A stretch of 64,000 bases of DNA from Candidatus Latescibacterota bacterium. GTDB taxonomy: Bacteria; Latescibacterota; UBA2968. Location: NCBI GenBank assembly GCA_965205975.1, contig OZ242195.1:4416001-4480000 (forward strand). The letters run 5' to 3'. The notes under the pieces were generated by a model. The model was not told where the DNA came from. It saw only the letters and a program-made list of their open reading frames with translations, and made no database searches. Both the position numbers and the translations under genes were made by a program. Positions 48,554-58,190 of the stretch are shown here, piece after piece (position 1 is the first letter of the stretch; each line of letters begins with the position of its first letter).

Positions 48554-49103
48554 AACGCACCATGTCCTCGCTGATGTGCCAGCGATCAAAGATTTTTTTG
48601 AGGGCAGAGAGGCCGTAATACATTCTGGATTTGACGGTGTTGATGGGCACTTTGAGTGTTTCGGAAATTTCGGTGAACTTTAGTCCTTGATATTCTTTCA
48701 TGATGATGACGACGCGCTGTTCTTCGGGCAAGTTTTGCAGTGCGCGATTGAGCAGGTCCCGAACGCTTTGTTCGTGTATGAGCGCGTCTGGGGGATTTGT
48801 TGTGTCTGCTATAGGGGTGTCGAGTGTGTCGAGGGAGACGAGGCTGCGACGACGGCCAGCGTCTCGGCAGGCGTTGAGTGCGATTTGATAGATCCACGAG
48901 GTGAATTTGTCGGGGTCGCGCAGACGCCGCAGGCTTTTGTACGCGCGGATAAAGGTTTGTTGGCACAGGTCGCGCGCGTCGTCTCTATTGCCCGCATAGC
49001 GCAGGACAAAGTTGTAGATCGGGCACTCCCAGCGTTTGACCAGGGTGTTAAAGGCCGCGATTTGCCCGGCCCGGAACTGGGCAATTAATTCCGCATCGTT
49101 CAT
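48543..49103 (-). CDS. ECF RNA polymerase sigma factor
   Basis: DLCQQTF, WIYQIALNAC, NTVKSRMY. Confidence 0.93.
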   Translation of the reverse strand: MNDAELIAQFRAGQIAAFNTLVKRWECPIYNFVLRYAGNRDDARDLCQQTFIRAYKSLRRLRDPDKFTSWIYQIALNACRDAGRRRSLVSLDTLDTPIADTTNPPDALIHEQSVRDLLNRALQNLPEEQRVVIIMKEYQGLKFTEISETLKVPINTVKSRMYYGLSALKKIFDRWHISEDMVRYEL

Positions 49104-49214
49104 TAATGAGAGACCGTGTTGGGGTTCTGTGTGTTGGTTCACCTTTCAAGACGTTTGGTTGGGGCGAAAAGTTTTAATGATCGTTAAAATTTTTCATATT
49201 TTGAAGAAAGTGTT

Positions 49215-49315
49215 GTAGGGGACGGTCCCCGTATAGGCATGTGCCGTAATGATTCTATACGGTAGTCACTACGGGACAGGCTCCCGTTATCGCGGCATGG
49301 TTAGCCGCGATCCAG
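49215..49315 (+). repeat. Nested REP cluster (GTAG-type start, CCCCGTA..TACGGG module, GTTAT-type REP)
   Basis: GTAGGGGACGGTCCCC at 49215; GTTATCGCGGC..GCCGCGATCCAG at 49286-49315. Confidence 0.7.
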
Positions 49316-49356
49316 AAAGTTTTTGCCGTTGGTTTTGTTTGTTATTGTATGGAGAA

Positions 49357-50070
49357 ATGATGCCTTCAAGCCAGTTTGAGTTTTTCGGTTTTGCTCACAT
49401 TGCCGCGATGGGCGTCATTCTCGTTGTGCCGATTGTTTTGACTGTTGTTGTCAGGTGGCTGGATTCGGAGCGGGCGACTCAGGCGATCTGCTATGCGTTT
49501 GCGGGGGTGATCGCGCTCAACGAGGTGCTGAATTGGAGCTATCGCATAGCGACGGTTGGGGTGCATGAGTTTGTGCGGGAGTATATGCCGTTGCATGTTT
49601 GCGGAATTACTGTTTTTGCGGCTGTCGTTACGCTCGTTTTCCGACGGCAGACGGCTTACGAGATTGCCTATTTTTGGGGGCTTGTGGGAGCGACGAATGC
49701 GGTTGTGACGCCTCAGCTCGATATCGGCTATCCGCAGTATCGCTTTTTTCAATATTTTATTGTGCATGGCGGCATTGTCGCTGCTGCGCTGTTCGCCACG
49801 TGGGGCCTGGGCATGCGGCCGACAGCGAGATCGATTTTGCGCGTTTTTGTTTTGCTGAATGTTCTGGCTGTTGTTTTGATCGGCGTCAATTTGATGCTGG
49901 GGAGCAATTATATGTTCCTCTGTCAGCCACCTGTTACAAAATCGCCTTTTTTCTTTTTGCCGTGGCCCTGGTATCTGTTGTTCCTCGATGGTGTGGCGCT
50001 GGTGTTATTTTACGTGCTTTTTATTCCATTTTCGCGGAGAAGATCATACGATTCAAATTTGTTGAGATGA
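49357..50070 (+). CDS. YwaF/TIGR02206-family membrane protein
   Basis: MPLHVC, YFWG, FFQYFIVHG, SNYMFL, PWPWY. Confidence 0.88.
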   Translation: MMPSSQFEFFGFAHIAAMGVILVVPIVLTVVVRWLDSERATQAICYAFAGVIALNEVLNWSYRIATVGVHEFVREYMPLHVCGITVFAAVVTLVFRRQTAYEIAYFWGLVGATNAVVTPQLDIGYPQYRFFQYFIVHGGIVAAALFATWGLGMRPTARSILRVFVLLNVLAVVLIGVNLMLGSNYMFLCQPPVTKSPFFFLPWPWYLLFLDGVALVLFYVLFIPFSRRRSYDSNLLR

Positions 50071-52294
50071 TAGATCAATACGCAAAATATCTGATTCTCC
50101 TGATGCTCGTGGGCGCGAGTGCGTGTTTTGCGGCAACGCCTTTTACGCCTCGTTATCCGGATGCCGTGCATGAGTCCTGGCGCTGGCGATCTTTTCCGGA
50201 ATTGAAGGGGCAAAGGGCGTCGTGTTTGGCGCAGGATGGGGATGGCAATTTTTTATTTGGGACGGATAAGGGTATTTATCGCTATGACGGAATAAACTGG
50301 CATCTTTTTCCGTTTGATGAGGGGATGGTTGGGGCGCAGATTAACACGCTTTATGTCGCTCGGGATGGAGGTGTTTATGTGGGGTCTGATCGGGGTATTA
50401 GTCGTTTTGAGAATGGGGCGTGGGTACGGGTATTTCCATCTGAGGGAGAATGGAATGTCTGGGATTTGATGGAGGCACGGGACGGGAGTTTGTGGGCGGG
50501 TACGGAATGGGGTGCGCTCAGGTTGACGGTTCTCTGTGGTTTGCCGCGGGTGTGGATTGGTGGTTATATGATGGCTTTCTCGGTGGGGTGGTGGTTTTTG
50601 ATGGGGTGAGATGGACACATTATGCTTCTCCGGAGATGGCGCGCTATGCTTATGGGATCGGGCAGAGTTCTGATGGTGTTTTGTGGTTTGGCGGAAGGCT
50701 GTTCGGTTTTGATGGGGTGCGAGAGGTGCCATTTACTGGTCCGGGGAAGTTGACGAATGATTTTATCGATGCTGTTTATACACAGGGAGACCTGTGGTTG
50801 GGGTCCCGAACTTATGGGGTGTTTCGGTATGATGGGACGGCGTGGCAGCAGTTCGATTATGGCGATGGGCTGGCGGATAATGGGGTGCGAAGTATTTTCC
50901 AGGATCGGGCTGGTGCGATTTGGGTGGGGACAGCAGAGGGTGTTAGCCGGTTTGATGGGCGCACATGGTTGCCACAGGCTTTACCTTCTGGACTTCCGCG
51001 TACAGAGTTTTATGATTCGATTCTTCAGTCTGGAGACGGGGCACTCTGGCTCAATTCTGTATCTGATGTAGATGCCTGGCTCAGACGGTCAGAATCCGAG
51101 GGCGTTGCGGTGTGTACTCTGCGTACGATCCGATATGTGCCAGAGACAGACCCACCTGAAACCCTGGTGACCATTGTTCAGGATGAGGTCTCTCAGGGCG
51201 GAAAGATAAATTTCGCGTGGACAGGGATAGACGCCTGGCGAAGTACGTTGCGTGAAGATCTGCAATACGCCCATCGTTTGAACGGTGGGGGGTGGTCGCC
51301 ATATAGCGGGGATACGATCCTATCCTTTGAAGGTCTGGATGTGGGGACGCATACGGTTGAGGTTAAAGCGCGCGATCTGGCGTATAATGAAGACCCCACA
51401 CCGATTGTGATGTCGTTCAATATTGTTCCGCTGGTGTGGCGCCGTCTGTGGTTTATTAGCCTGATTGTGGGATTTGTGGTCCTTACGGGTTATCTGATTT
51501 CGCGGATTATTGTCAGGGATCGGAGGCTGCAGAAAGCAAATGAAGATCTTGCATCTGCTAATGAGACGCAACTCCTGCAGTCCGCGCGTCTGGTGTCGCT
51601 GGGGCAAATGGTTGCGGGCGTGGCGCACGAGCTTAACCAGCCGCTGACCGCTGTCGAGACAAGTGCTGGGGATATTTGTCTGCGGTTGAAGGAGGGTATG
51701 CCGCTTGAGACGGACGAGTTGAGGGAGATGATGGAGGATGTTCGGGGTGTGGTCGATAGGATGGCGGGTACTGTTGATCATTTGCGCGTGTTTTCGCGCG
51801 ATGTGTCCGAGGAGCCGCGCCAGGCGATGGATGTGAATGAGGTGATACAGAGTAGCTTGAAGTTGATGGGGTCGCAGCTTGAGAATCACGGGATTGATCT
51901 GGTTCTGGATCTTTCTGACGCGCTCCCAAAGGTCTGGGGACATTTGCATCCGCTCGAGCAGGTGGTTCTCAATTTGCTGTCAAATGCCCGGGATGCAGTG
52001 GATGAGCAGACGGAGACGGAGGGAGTGGGTTATGATAAGCAGATCTGGATTCGAACGCGCGTTGAGGACGATGCGGTTGTTATTGAGGTGGAGGATAACG
52101 GGGTTGGGATGGATGAGGCGACAAGGCAGCGTCTTTTTGAGCCTTTTTTTACGACGAAGGATGCGGACCGGGGCACGGGTTTGGGGTTGTCGATTATTTA
52201 TGCTATTGTTCGCAAGCACGATGGACAGATCGCTGTGGAGAGCGAACAGGGCGTGGGGACGATGTTCAAGGTGATGTTGCCGGTGTTGGAGTAG
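50067..52294 (+). pseudogene. Beta-propeller/Y_Y_Y sensor histidine kinase, frameshifted near 50526
   Basis: Propeller repeats (DGSLW, GIYRYDG) continue in a second frame; AHELNQP, NARDA, DNGVG, GTGLGL. Confidence 0.85.
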
Positions 52295-53822
52295 TAGGGT
52301 TTTCTATATAGGATGCATACGCCGATCGCACGATTTCCTCGGACGGTTTGTCGCGAATAGAATACGTGCGGCGACGTGCCCAGTATCTCGCCCACCGTTC
52401 GTCGCTGGCTATCCAATTATCCCAATAGAAGACACCATTTACTATCCCAGGGTACTGAGTCAGGGTGTTGATTAATGCCTTGTAGATGTTGGCCTGAGTT
52501 TCTCGCCCGTCATCCAGTCCATTGCGGTTCGAGTCGGTAAATACGAATCGACGGTTTTGCGCTGATGTATCACCTGGTCGTTCGGGTGTTTCAGTCACGT
52601 CCATAGCACCGTATTCGGTAAATACAATGGGTCGTTCGGGATTTGTGTTTGCAAGCGGAATAAGCTGGTTTTGGAATATCTGCCTGTAACGCGTCTGGAA
52701 ACGTTCGACGCTCAGTACTGTTGAAGGACGCGAGTCCGTCAGTGGAAACCACGCACTGATGCCAATGATGTCGAGATCCAGATCTTCCCATAGATGACCT
52801 GCGCCCGATCCCGGTCCGTAAAAGTGGGATGCTGTGAGTACGTCGTAGTGCATGTCATAGGTTAGCAGGCCACTGTACACGGCACGCACGCTTTGCACCA
52901 TTGATCTGAGTTCTCGACCAAAATCATTGGTCATATAACTTCCAGAACGCGTACGAAAGAGCCGGTCAGTCTCCGTGCCCAACGAGTATAAACGCACGCC
53001 CTCGTCCTCAGCTATTCTGGCAAAGTGTACCGCCTGTTGCGTATAGGTTGCCCAGAATTCGGCGACAAAACGCCGGTGATCCGGATGGTTTGGACGCCAG
53101 GGCCAGTATTGGGGCAGTATCAACCCATAGATATTCGGATTATCAGGCGGAACGCCGCGAGGTGCCGGGTCTCCGAGTTGCCACCTGCGTACCGGGCGTG
53201 TGGCAGTTTCAGCCTCATAGGCTTCGAATGCCAGGGTCAAATATACGTCTATCCCGTGATTTCTAAATTCTCGGATCAATTGTCTGAGTGCTTCATCTGA
53301 AAAAGTGCGAATATCTACATTTGATGAGTACACGCGTTCGACCGTGCTGTCCATGCTGTCATCGTAATGTAGCGCGACGGAAAGGCCGATCCAGTTTATA
53401 TGCAGACTCTTTAGCCATTCGATATAGTCCACAGGTATGAGCGTTCCGGTCCTTCCTGCGGCTTCCCATCTATCTACAACATAGCCAGTATCTCCCCAAT
53501 TGCCCGCAGCATGAATGGCGCGTAGCGGAAATTTTATTTTCGTGTCTATCGTCTGGGGCACTGTTTTGCCAAAGTCGCTGGCAAAGATCAGAAAGTCTGA
53601 AAATGCAATCACGCCATCGCCATCCAGGTCGAATCGGTCTTCATACGTCTCATCGCCACGACTTGTCCCGAAGTGTTCGACAAATAGCAAAAAGTCTGGA
53701 AGATCCACGACGCCGTTTTCGTCAAAGTCGGGGAGAGGGCTGGATTGTGATGCGTGTGCGAGAGGTAGCCAGGTCCATAGATAGCTTGCAATGACCACAA
53801 TCAAGATACACAAACGCTTCAT
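52266..53822 (-). CDS. Secreted GH113-like TIM-barrel protein with dockerin/EF-hand-like N-terminal module
   Basis: DFDENGVVDLPDF / DLDGDGVIAFSDF; LGTET, IGISAWFP, IVFTEYG. Confidence 0.7.
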   Translation of the reverse strand: MKRLCILIVVIASYLWTWLPLAHASQSSPLPDFDENGVVDLPDFLLFVEHFGTSRGDETYEDRFDLDGDGVIAFSDFLIFASDFGKTVPQTIDTKIKFPLRAIHAAGNWGDTGYVVDRWEAAGRTGTLIPVDYIEWLKSLHINWIGLSVALHYDDSMDSTVERVYSSNVDIRTFSDEALRQLIREFRNHGIDVYLTLAFEAYEAETATRPVRRWQLGDPAPRGVPPDNPNIYGLILPQYWPWRPNHPDHRRFVAEFWATYTQQAVHFARIAEDEGVRLYSLGTETDRLFRTRSGSYMTNDFGRELRSMVQSVRAVYSGLLTYDMHYDVLTASHFYGPGSGAGHLWEDLDLDIIGISAWFPLTDSRPSTVLSVERFQTRYRQIFQNQLIPLANTNPERPIVFTEYGAMDVTETPERPGDTSAQNRRFVFTDSNRNGLDDGRETQANIYKALINTLTQYPGIVNGVFYWDNWIASDERWARYWARRRTYSIRDKPSEEIVRSAYASYIENPTTPTPATSP

Positions 53823-53909
53823 ACTGCACCTTTCTGTGCGTTGTTGAAAAGAACACACGTCAAAATATATTTTCAGGCGCAATAGGCAAGCGTATTTGAC
53901 CTGTTCTAT

Positions 53910-54001
53910 TGAGAAAAGCCCTATGGCCTATAGAAGGCCGTTGGGCTTTTGTGTGGTTTGTTCTCATTATTTGTGTCCCATATCTCAATGATATAGAATG
54001 A
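53910..54001 (+). repeat. ~90-bp hairpin-containing direct repeat, copy 1
   Basis: TGAGAAAAGCCC...GGGCTTTTGTGTGGTTTGTTCTCATT; copy 2 at 57988. Confidence 0.85.
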
Positions 54002-54015
54002 GTTACATTAATTTT

Positions 54016-54102
54016 TATTTATACGACAATTTTGTTGACGACGGTCTTGTTGTTTTATATATTTATACGACAATTTTGTTGACGACAATTCTGTCGTATA
54101 AA
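54016..54102 (+). promoter_or_regulatory. Promoter overlapped by direct and inverted operator-like repeats
   Basis: 27-bp perfect repeat at 54016 and 54060; TTTATACGACA/TGTCGTATAAA inverted pair; TTGACG-N17-TATATT. Confidence 0.7.
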
Positions 54103-54118
54103 AAGAAAGCGAGAGACA

Positions 54119-55363
54119 ATGAATTCATCGACTGGCCGTTGGGTAAGCGACGACGACTTTTTTAATCGCGAACGCGAGTTGCGGATACTGGAGACACGGG
54201 TCCGTGACGGCAATCACATATTGCTTACAGGACAGCGGCGTATGGGAAAGACCAGTATTGCCCGAGAACTCGGGCGACGGCTTGAAACTGAGGGTTGGAT
54301 TTTTCTCTTCGCTGATGTCGAGGGGGCGACCTGTGTGGAGGACGCAGTCGCAGACATCGCACAGGCCGTGCATCCCATTCGTCCCATTGCGTCTCGTTTT
54401 GCTATCGGGATGAAACGCTGGTTGGATGATAACATTGAGGAAATCAATGCGTACGAATTTCGCGTCAAAATTCGTGCTGGTCTGGATGCAGGAAGTTGGC
54501 GTCGTTACGGGGAACAACTGCTTCGCGATTGCGCTATGCAGGACAAGCCAGTGCTCCTCGTCATTGACGAGCTACCGATTCTTCTCAAGCGAATGCTTAA
54601 TGGTGAGGACGGTGTCAGACAAGTCGATGAGTTTCTGAGCCGGTTGCGCGGCGTGCTTCAAGGTATCGGAGACGGTTCTCTGGTCCTCATCGTATCCGGC
54701 AGCATTGGGCTTACCCCTCTGGTAAATCGGTTAGGCATACCCGATCGCATTAATCATCTCTATCCTTTTCGCCTGGGACCGTGGGACCGCAACACCAGTA
54801 TTGATTGTTTCCAAAGTCTCGCGGAGAGCTACAAATTACAAGTTGAGGACGACGTGGCAAACGCGGTGTATGACGCACTCGGCGTCGGCATACCTCACCA
54901 TGTACAGTCCTTCTTTGCTCGTTTGAGGGACCATGCCACCATGCATGGACGAGACCGGGTGACGGTGGAGGATGTCGAGGAGGTCTATCGCACAGGGCTT
55001 CTCGGTCCTTCAGGGCAGAACGATCTCGTACACTACGAGACGCGTCTCAAAGAGGCATTGGAAGATGAGAACCACACCATCGCTATGGAGATCCTCGCCG
55101 AAGCGGCCACCCAGGACGTTTTCACATCAGAAGCGCGGCGTTGCCTTGAAGAGCTATACGCCAGAGTGGTTGACGATGCACAGGGGCGTATTGCGGATAC
55201 ACTCGAAATTTTGATGCACGACGGCTATCTCGAAGATGGCGAAGATGGTTATCGCTTTCCGTCGCGCCTGCTGAAGGACTGGTGGTCGGCGCGTTTCCGC
55301 GATCACCACATACCCCTCGAAAATCGCCGTTCTGACGATGAACTACCGGGAGACGCGCAATGA
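54119..55363 (+). CDS. STAND-like (archaeal-type) P-loop ATPase
   Basis: FFNRERE, GQRRMGKT, LLVIDE, SGS, GIP; C-terminal LLKDWW. Confidence 0.88.
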   Translation: MNSSTGRWVSDDDFFNRERELRILETRVRDGNHILLTGQRRMGKTSIARELGRRLETEGWIFLFADVEGATCVEDAVADIAQAVHPIRPIASRFAIGMKRWLDDNIEEINAYEFRVKIRAGLDAGSWRRYGEQLLRDCAMQDKPVLLVIDELPILLKRMLNGEDGVRQVDEFLSRLRGVLQGIGDGSLVLIVSGSIGLTPLVNRLGIPDRINHLYPFRLGPWDRNTSIDCFQSLAESYKLQVEDDVANAVYDALGVGIPHHVQSFFARLRDHATMHGRDRVTVEDVEEVYRTGLLGPSGQNDLVHYETRLKEALEDENHTIAMEILAEAATQDVFTSEARRCLEELYARVVDDAQGRIADTLEILMHDGYLEDGEDGYRFPSRLLKDWWSARFRDHHIPLENRRSDDELPGDAQ

Positions 55364-57948
55364 ACAAGTCCGATCAACGTATTCGCAAGTTCAATCCGGG
55401 GACGTTCCTATCCGACGAGGAGGTGATTGAGCAGTTCGTGGTGAGAAAACATGAACTCAATATCGTGCTTGAGGTCTTGCGCGGAAATATCGATTCACCA
55501 TCGTGCCAGCATGTTCTGGTCGTTGCGCCTCGGGGGCGGGGAAAGACGATGTTGCTCGCGCGCGTCGCGGCGGAGTTGAATACTGATGATGGACTCTCCG
55601 AATGTCTTTTGCCGGTTCGGTTTATGGAAGAGAGTCACGAGGTACTCAATATCGCGGATTTCTGGCTCGAAACCCTGTTCCACCTTGCGCGGGAGAGCGC
55701 CAGACATGATCCCGTACTCGCACAGGAACTGCGAGAGACGCACGCCGATCTGAGAGATCGCTGGCGCGAAAAGGAACTCGCAGATCGCGTCCTTGCTGCT
55801 GTCCTGGACGCATCGGACCGGCTGGGCAAAAAGCTCGTTCTCATGGTCGAAAATCTACAGTCAATTGGCGAGAACGTGGATGACGATTTCGGCTGGCAGC
55901 TACGCGGCGCATTGCAATCAGAGCCTCAGATCATGTTGCTCGCCACCGCCACGAGTCGCTTCAAGGGTCTGGACGACGCGGAGCAACCGTTCTTCGAGCA
56001 GTTCCGAATCTTGGATTTGGAACCATTGAACACCGAAGAATGCCGTCGTCTGTGGCAGGTCGTCAGCGGTGACGCGGTGAGCGACCACGGGATCAGACCG
56101 CTCGAAATTCTGACCGGAGGTAGTCCCCGTCTTCTGGTAATCGTTGCCGAGTTCGCGCAGCATCGGTCGTTGAGCCAGTTGATGGAAGAACTGGTGACAT
56201 TGATCGACGACCATACCGAGTATTTTCGCAGTCACCTGGAGGTCCTGGCCAGTGTCGAACGTCGCGTGTATCTCGCGGTGATTGATCTTTGGCAACCGTC
56301 GAACGCGGGCGAGATCGCGACACGGGCGCGCAAGGATATTCGAACCGTATCAACCCTGCTCAGGCGACTGGTCAACCGGGGTGCGGTTATCGTGGAGGGG
56401 ACTGGTAGGAAACGAATGTACGTTGCCGCGGAACGTCTCTACAGCATCTATTACAAACTGCGACGCGAACGCGATGAAGCGGCTGTTGTCGCAAATCTCA
56501 TCTACTTTATGGCAGTGTTCTATAGCGAAGAGGAACTGGTAGAGATGTTCGACAAGCTGATTGCGGAATCGGCGCGATTGCCAGTGATTCGCGAGGGTTT
56601 TGAACGGGCAATCGCCGAACAGCCGCAAGTCGGCAGTGTATTCTCTAACATAGCACGGTCAAGCATTGATCAGGCATCTGACCTCGCTACGTCAATCGAG
56701 AATGAGAGCGTCGAACGACTGTTCGAAGAGATTACTACAGCTTTAACAGAAGGGGCATTCGAGAAGGTTATCGAGACCGTGGACCAGGCTTTTACTGTTC
56801 GGAGCACAAATTGGTCTCGGGTACCAGAGTCATTGATCGCCTTGGCATTTCTTAACAAGGCGTTAGCTCACGAGAGACTCGGCGAGTTGGAGATGGCGGT
56901 AGTGTTTTATGATGAGGTGATCGCACGCTTTGGCGACAGTGATGCAATTGATCTCCAAGAGCAGGTCACTTGGGCGTTGTGCGGCAAGGGAAATACGCAA
57001 GTACAACTGGGTGATTTTGCTGCTGCATCAGCGTGTTATGATGAGGTGATCACACGTTTTGGTGACAGTGATGCACCTGCTTTCCAGGATCGTGTTGCTT
57101 GGGCATTGTGCGGCAAAGGAGATGTGCACAGACAACTTGGCGAGTTTACGTCGGCGGTAGCGTGTTATGATGAAGTAATCGCCCGCCTTGGTGACAGCGA
57201 TGCAATTGATCTCCAGGAGCGGGTCGCCTGGGTATTATGCAAAAAGGGAGATGTGCAAAGCCGACTCGGAGAGTTGGAGGCTGCGATAGCGTGTTATGAT
57301 GAAGTGATCGCCCGCTTTGGTGACAGCGAGGTTCTCATGCTCCAGGAACGTGTTGCCTGGGCATGGTCTGGCAAGGCAGATGTGCAAGGGCGACTCGGTC
57401 AGTTTGTGGCTGCGCTTTCTGCCTACGACGAAGCGGTTGTCCGCCTGGGTGATAGTGATGCACCCGATCATCAGGCTCCAGTCGCTTGGACATTGTTCAA
57501 AAAGGGTATTAGACAAATCAATATGGGCCGTGCGAAAGAAGCTCTACACACCTGTGAAGAGATTGAAAGAAGACTTGGTGCCTTGACTGGCAATGAGAAG
57601 ATCGAGTTTACATGGCGCGTAAGGTGTATGCGGGTTATGGTACTGATGGTGCAGAAAAAACGTCGGGCCGTTGTGGACATGTTCCGGTCTGCGTATGCTG
57701 TGTTCGTGCCTGATAACGAAACTATAATGAATGAGATGCTACATTTTGCGCCTGAGTTGATTGCACAGGGTGTCTTGGAGCGTGACCTTATCGAGATCCT
57801 GTCCAGCGACAAGGAAAAATTGGACGCATTGGTACCCCTCATTGTTGCCCTGCTACAGCGTACCGGCGAGGAGGTTCGTGCGCCTGTGGAAGTCCTTGAG
57901 GTCGCGAAGGATATCAACAAGCGCATTGAAAAAAGAATGGCGGATTGA
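55360..57948 (+). CDS. STAND-like ATPase-wHTH-TPR protein, copy 1 (5 x 43-aa repeats)
   Basis: PRGRGKT, LMVENL, TGGSPR, EIATRAR..LRRLVNRG; ATGA overlap with upstream ATPase. Confidence 0.88.
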   Translation: MNKSDQRIRKFNPGTFLSDEEVIEQFVVRKHELNIVLEVLRGNIDSPSCQHVLVVAPRGRGKTMLLARVAAELNTDDGLSECLLPVRFMEESHEVLNIADFWLETLFHLARESARHDPVLAQELRETHADLRDRWREKELADRVLAAVLDASDRLGKKLVLMVENLQSIGENVDDDFGWQLRGALQSEPQIMLLATATSRFKGLDDAEQPFFEQFRILDLEPLNTEECRRLWQVVSGDAVSDHGIRPLEILTGGSPRLLVIVAEFAQHRSLSQLMEELVTLIDDHTEYFRSHLEVLASVERRVYLAVIDLWQPSNAGEIATRARKDIRTVSTLLRRLVNRGAVIVEGTGRKRMYVAAERLYSIYYKLRRERDEAAVVANLIYFMAVFYSEEELVEMFDKLIAESARLPVIREGFERAIAEQPQVGSVFSNIARSSIDQASDLATSIENESVERLFEEITTALTEGAFEKVIETVDQAFTVRSTNWSRVPESLIALAFLNKALAHERLGELEMAVVFYDEVIARFGDSDAIDLQEQVTWALCGKGNTQVQLGDFAAASACYDEVITRFGDSDAPAFQDRVAWALCGKGDVHRQLGEFTSAVACYDEVIARLGDSDAIDLQERVAWVLCKKGDVQSRLGELEAAIACYDEVIARFGDSEVLMLQERVAWAWSGKADVQGRLGQFVAALSAYDEAVVRLGDSDAPDHQAPVAWTLFKKGIRQINMGRAKEALHTCEEIERRLGALTGNEKIEFTWRVRCMRVMVLMVQKKRRAVVDMFRSAYAVFVPDNETIMNEMLHFAPELIAQGVLERDLIEILSSDKEKLDALVPLIVALLQRTGEEVRAPVEVLEVAKDINKRIEKRMAD
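56881..57525 (+). repeat. 129-bp coding tandem repeats x5 (TPR-like)
   Basis: TATGATGARGT recurs at 56908, 57037, 57166, 57295, with a diverged fifth unit. Confidence 0.9.
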
Positions 57949-57987
57949 GATGGGCGGCTGGCAGGTTTTATATATCTGAGGCTCTAA

Positions 57988-58079
57988 TGAGAAAAGCCCA
58001 ACGGTCTATAGAAGGTCGTTGGGCTTTTGTGTGGTTTGTTCTCATTTATTGCGTGTCATATCCCAATGGTAGAGAACGA
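57988..58079 (+). repeat. ~90-bp direct repeat, copy 2 (probable terminator for copy-1 operon)
   Basis: AAAAGCCCAACG...CGTTGGGCTTTT, same tail as the 53910 copy. Confidence 0.85.
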
Positions 58080-58094
58080 TTTATATCGCCTCTT

Positions 58095-58162
58095 AATTTT
58101 GTCAACAATTTAGTTGACAAAATTTTTTCTAATATTATTTTGTCAACAGTTTCGTTGACAAA
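58095..58162 (+). promoter_or_regulatory. Two palindromic operator-like sites overlapping a TTGACA
   Basis: AATTTTGTCAAC-N6-GTTGACAAAATT and TTTGTCAAC-N6-GTTGACAAA. Confidence 0.75.
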
Positions 58163-58190
58163 GATTTAATGAATCATCAGGAGACGCGCA

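Noticed and set aside
54016..54102. Mini CRISPR array
   Set aside because: Only two repeats with a 17-bp gap, overlapping a promoter; no cas genes
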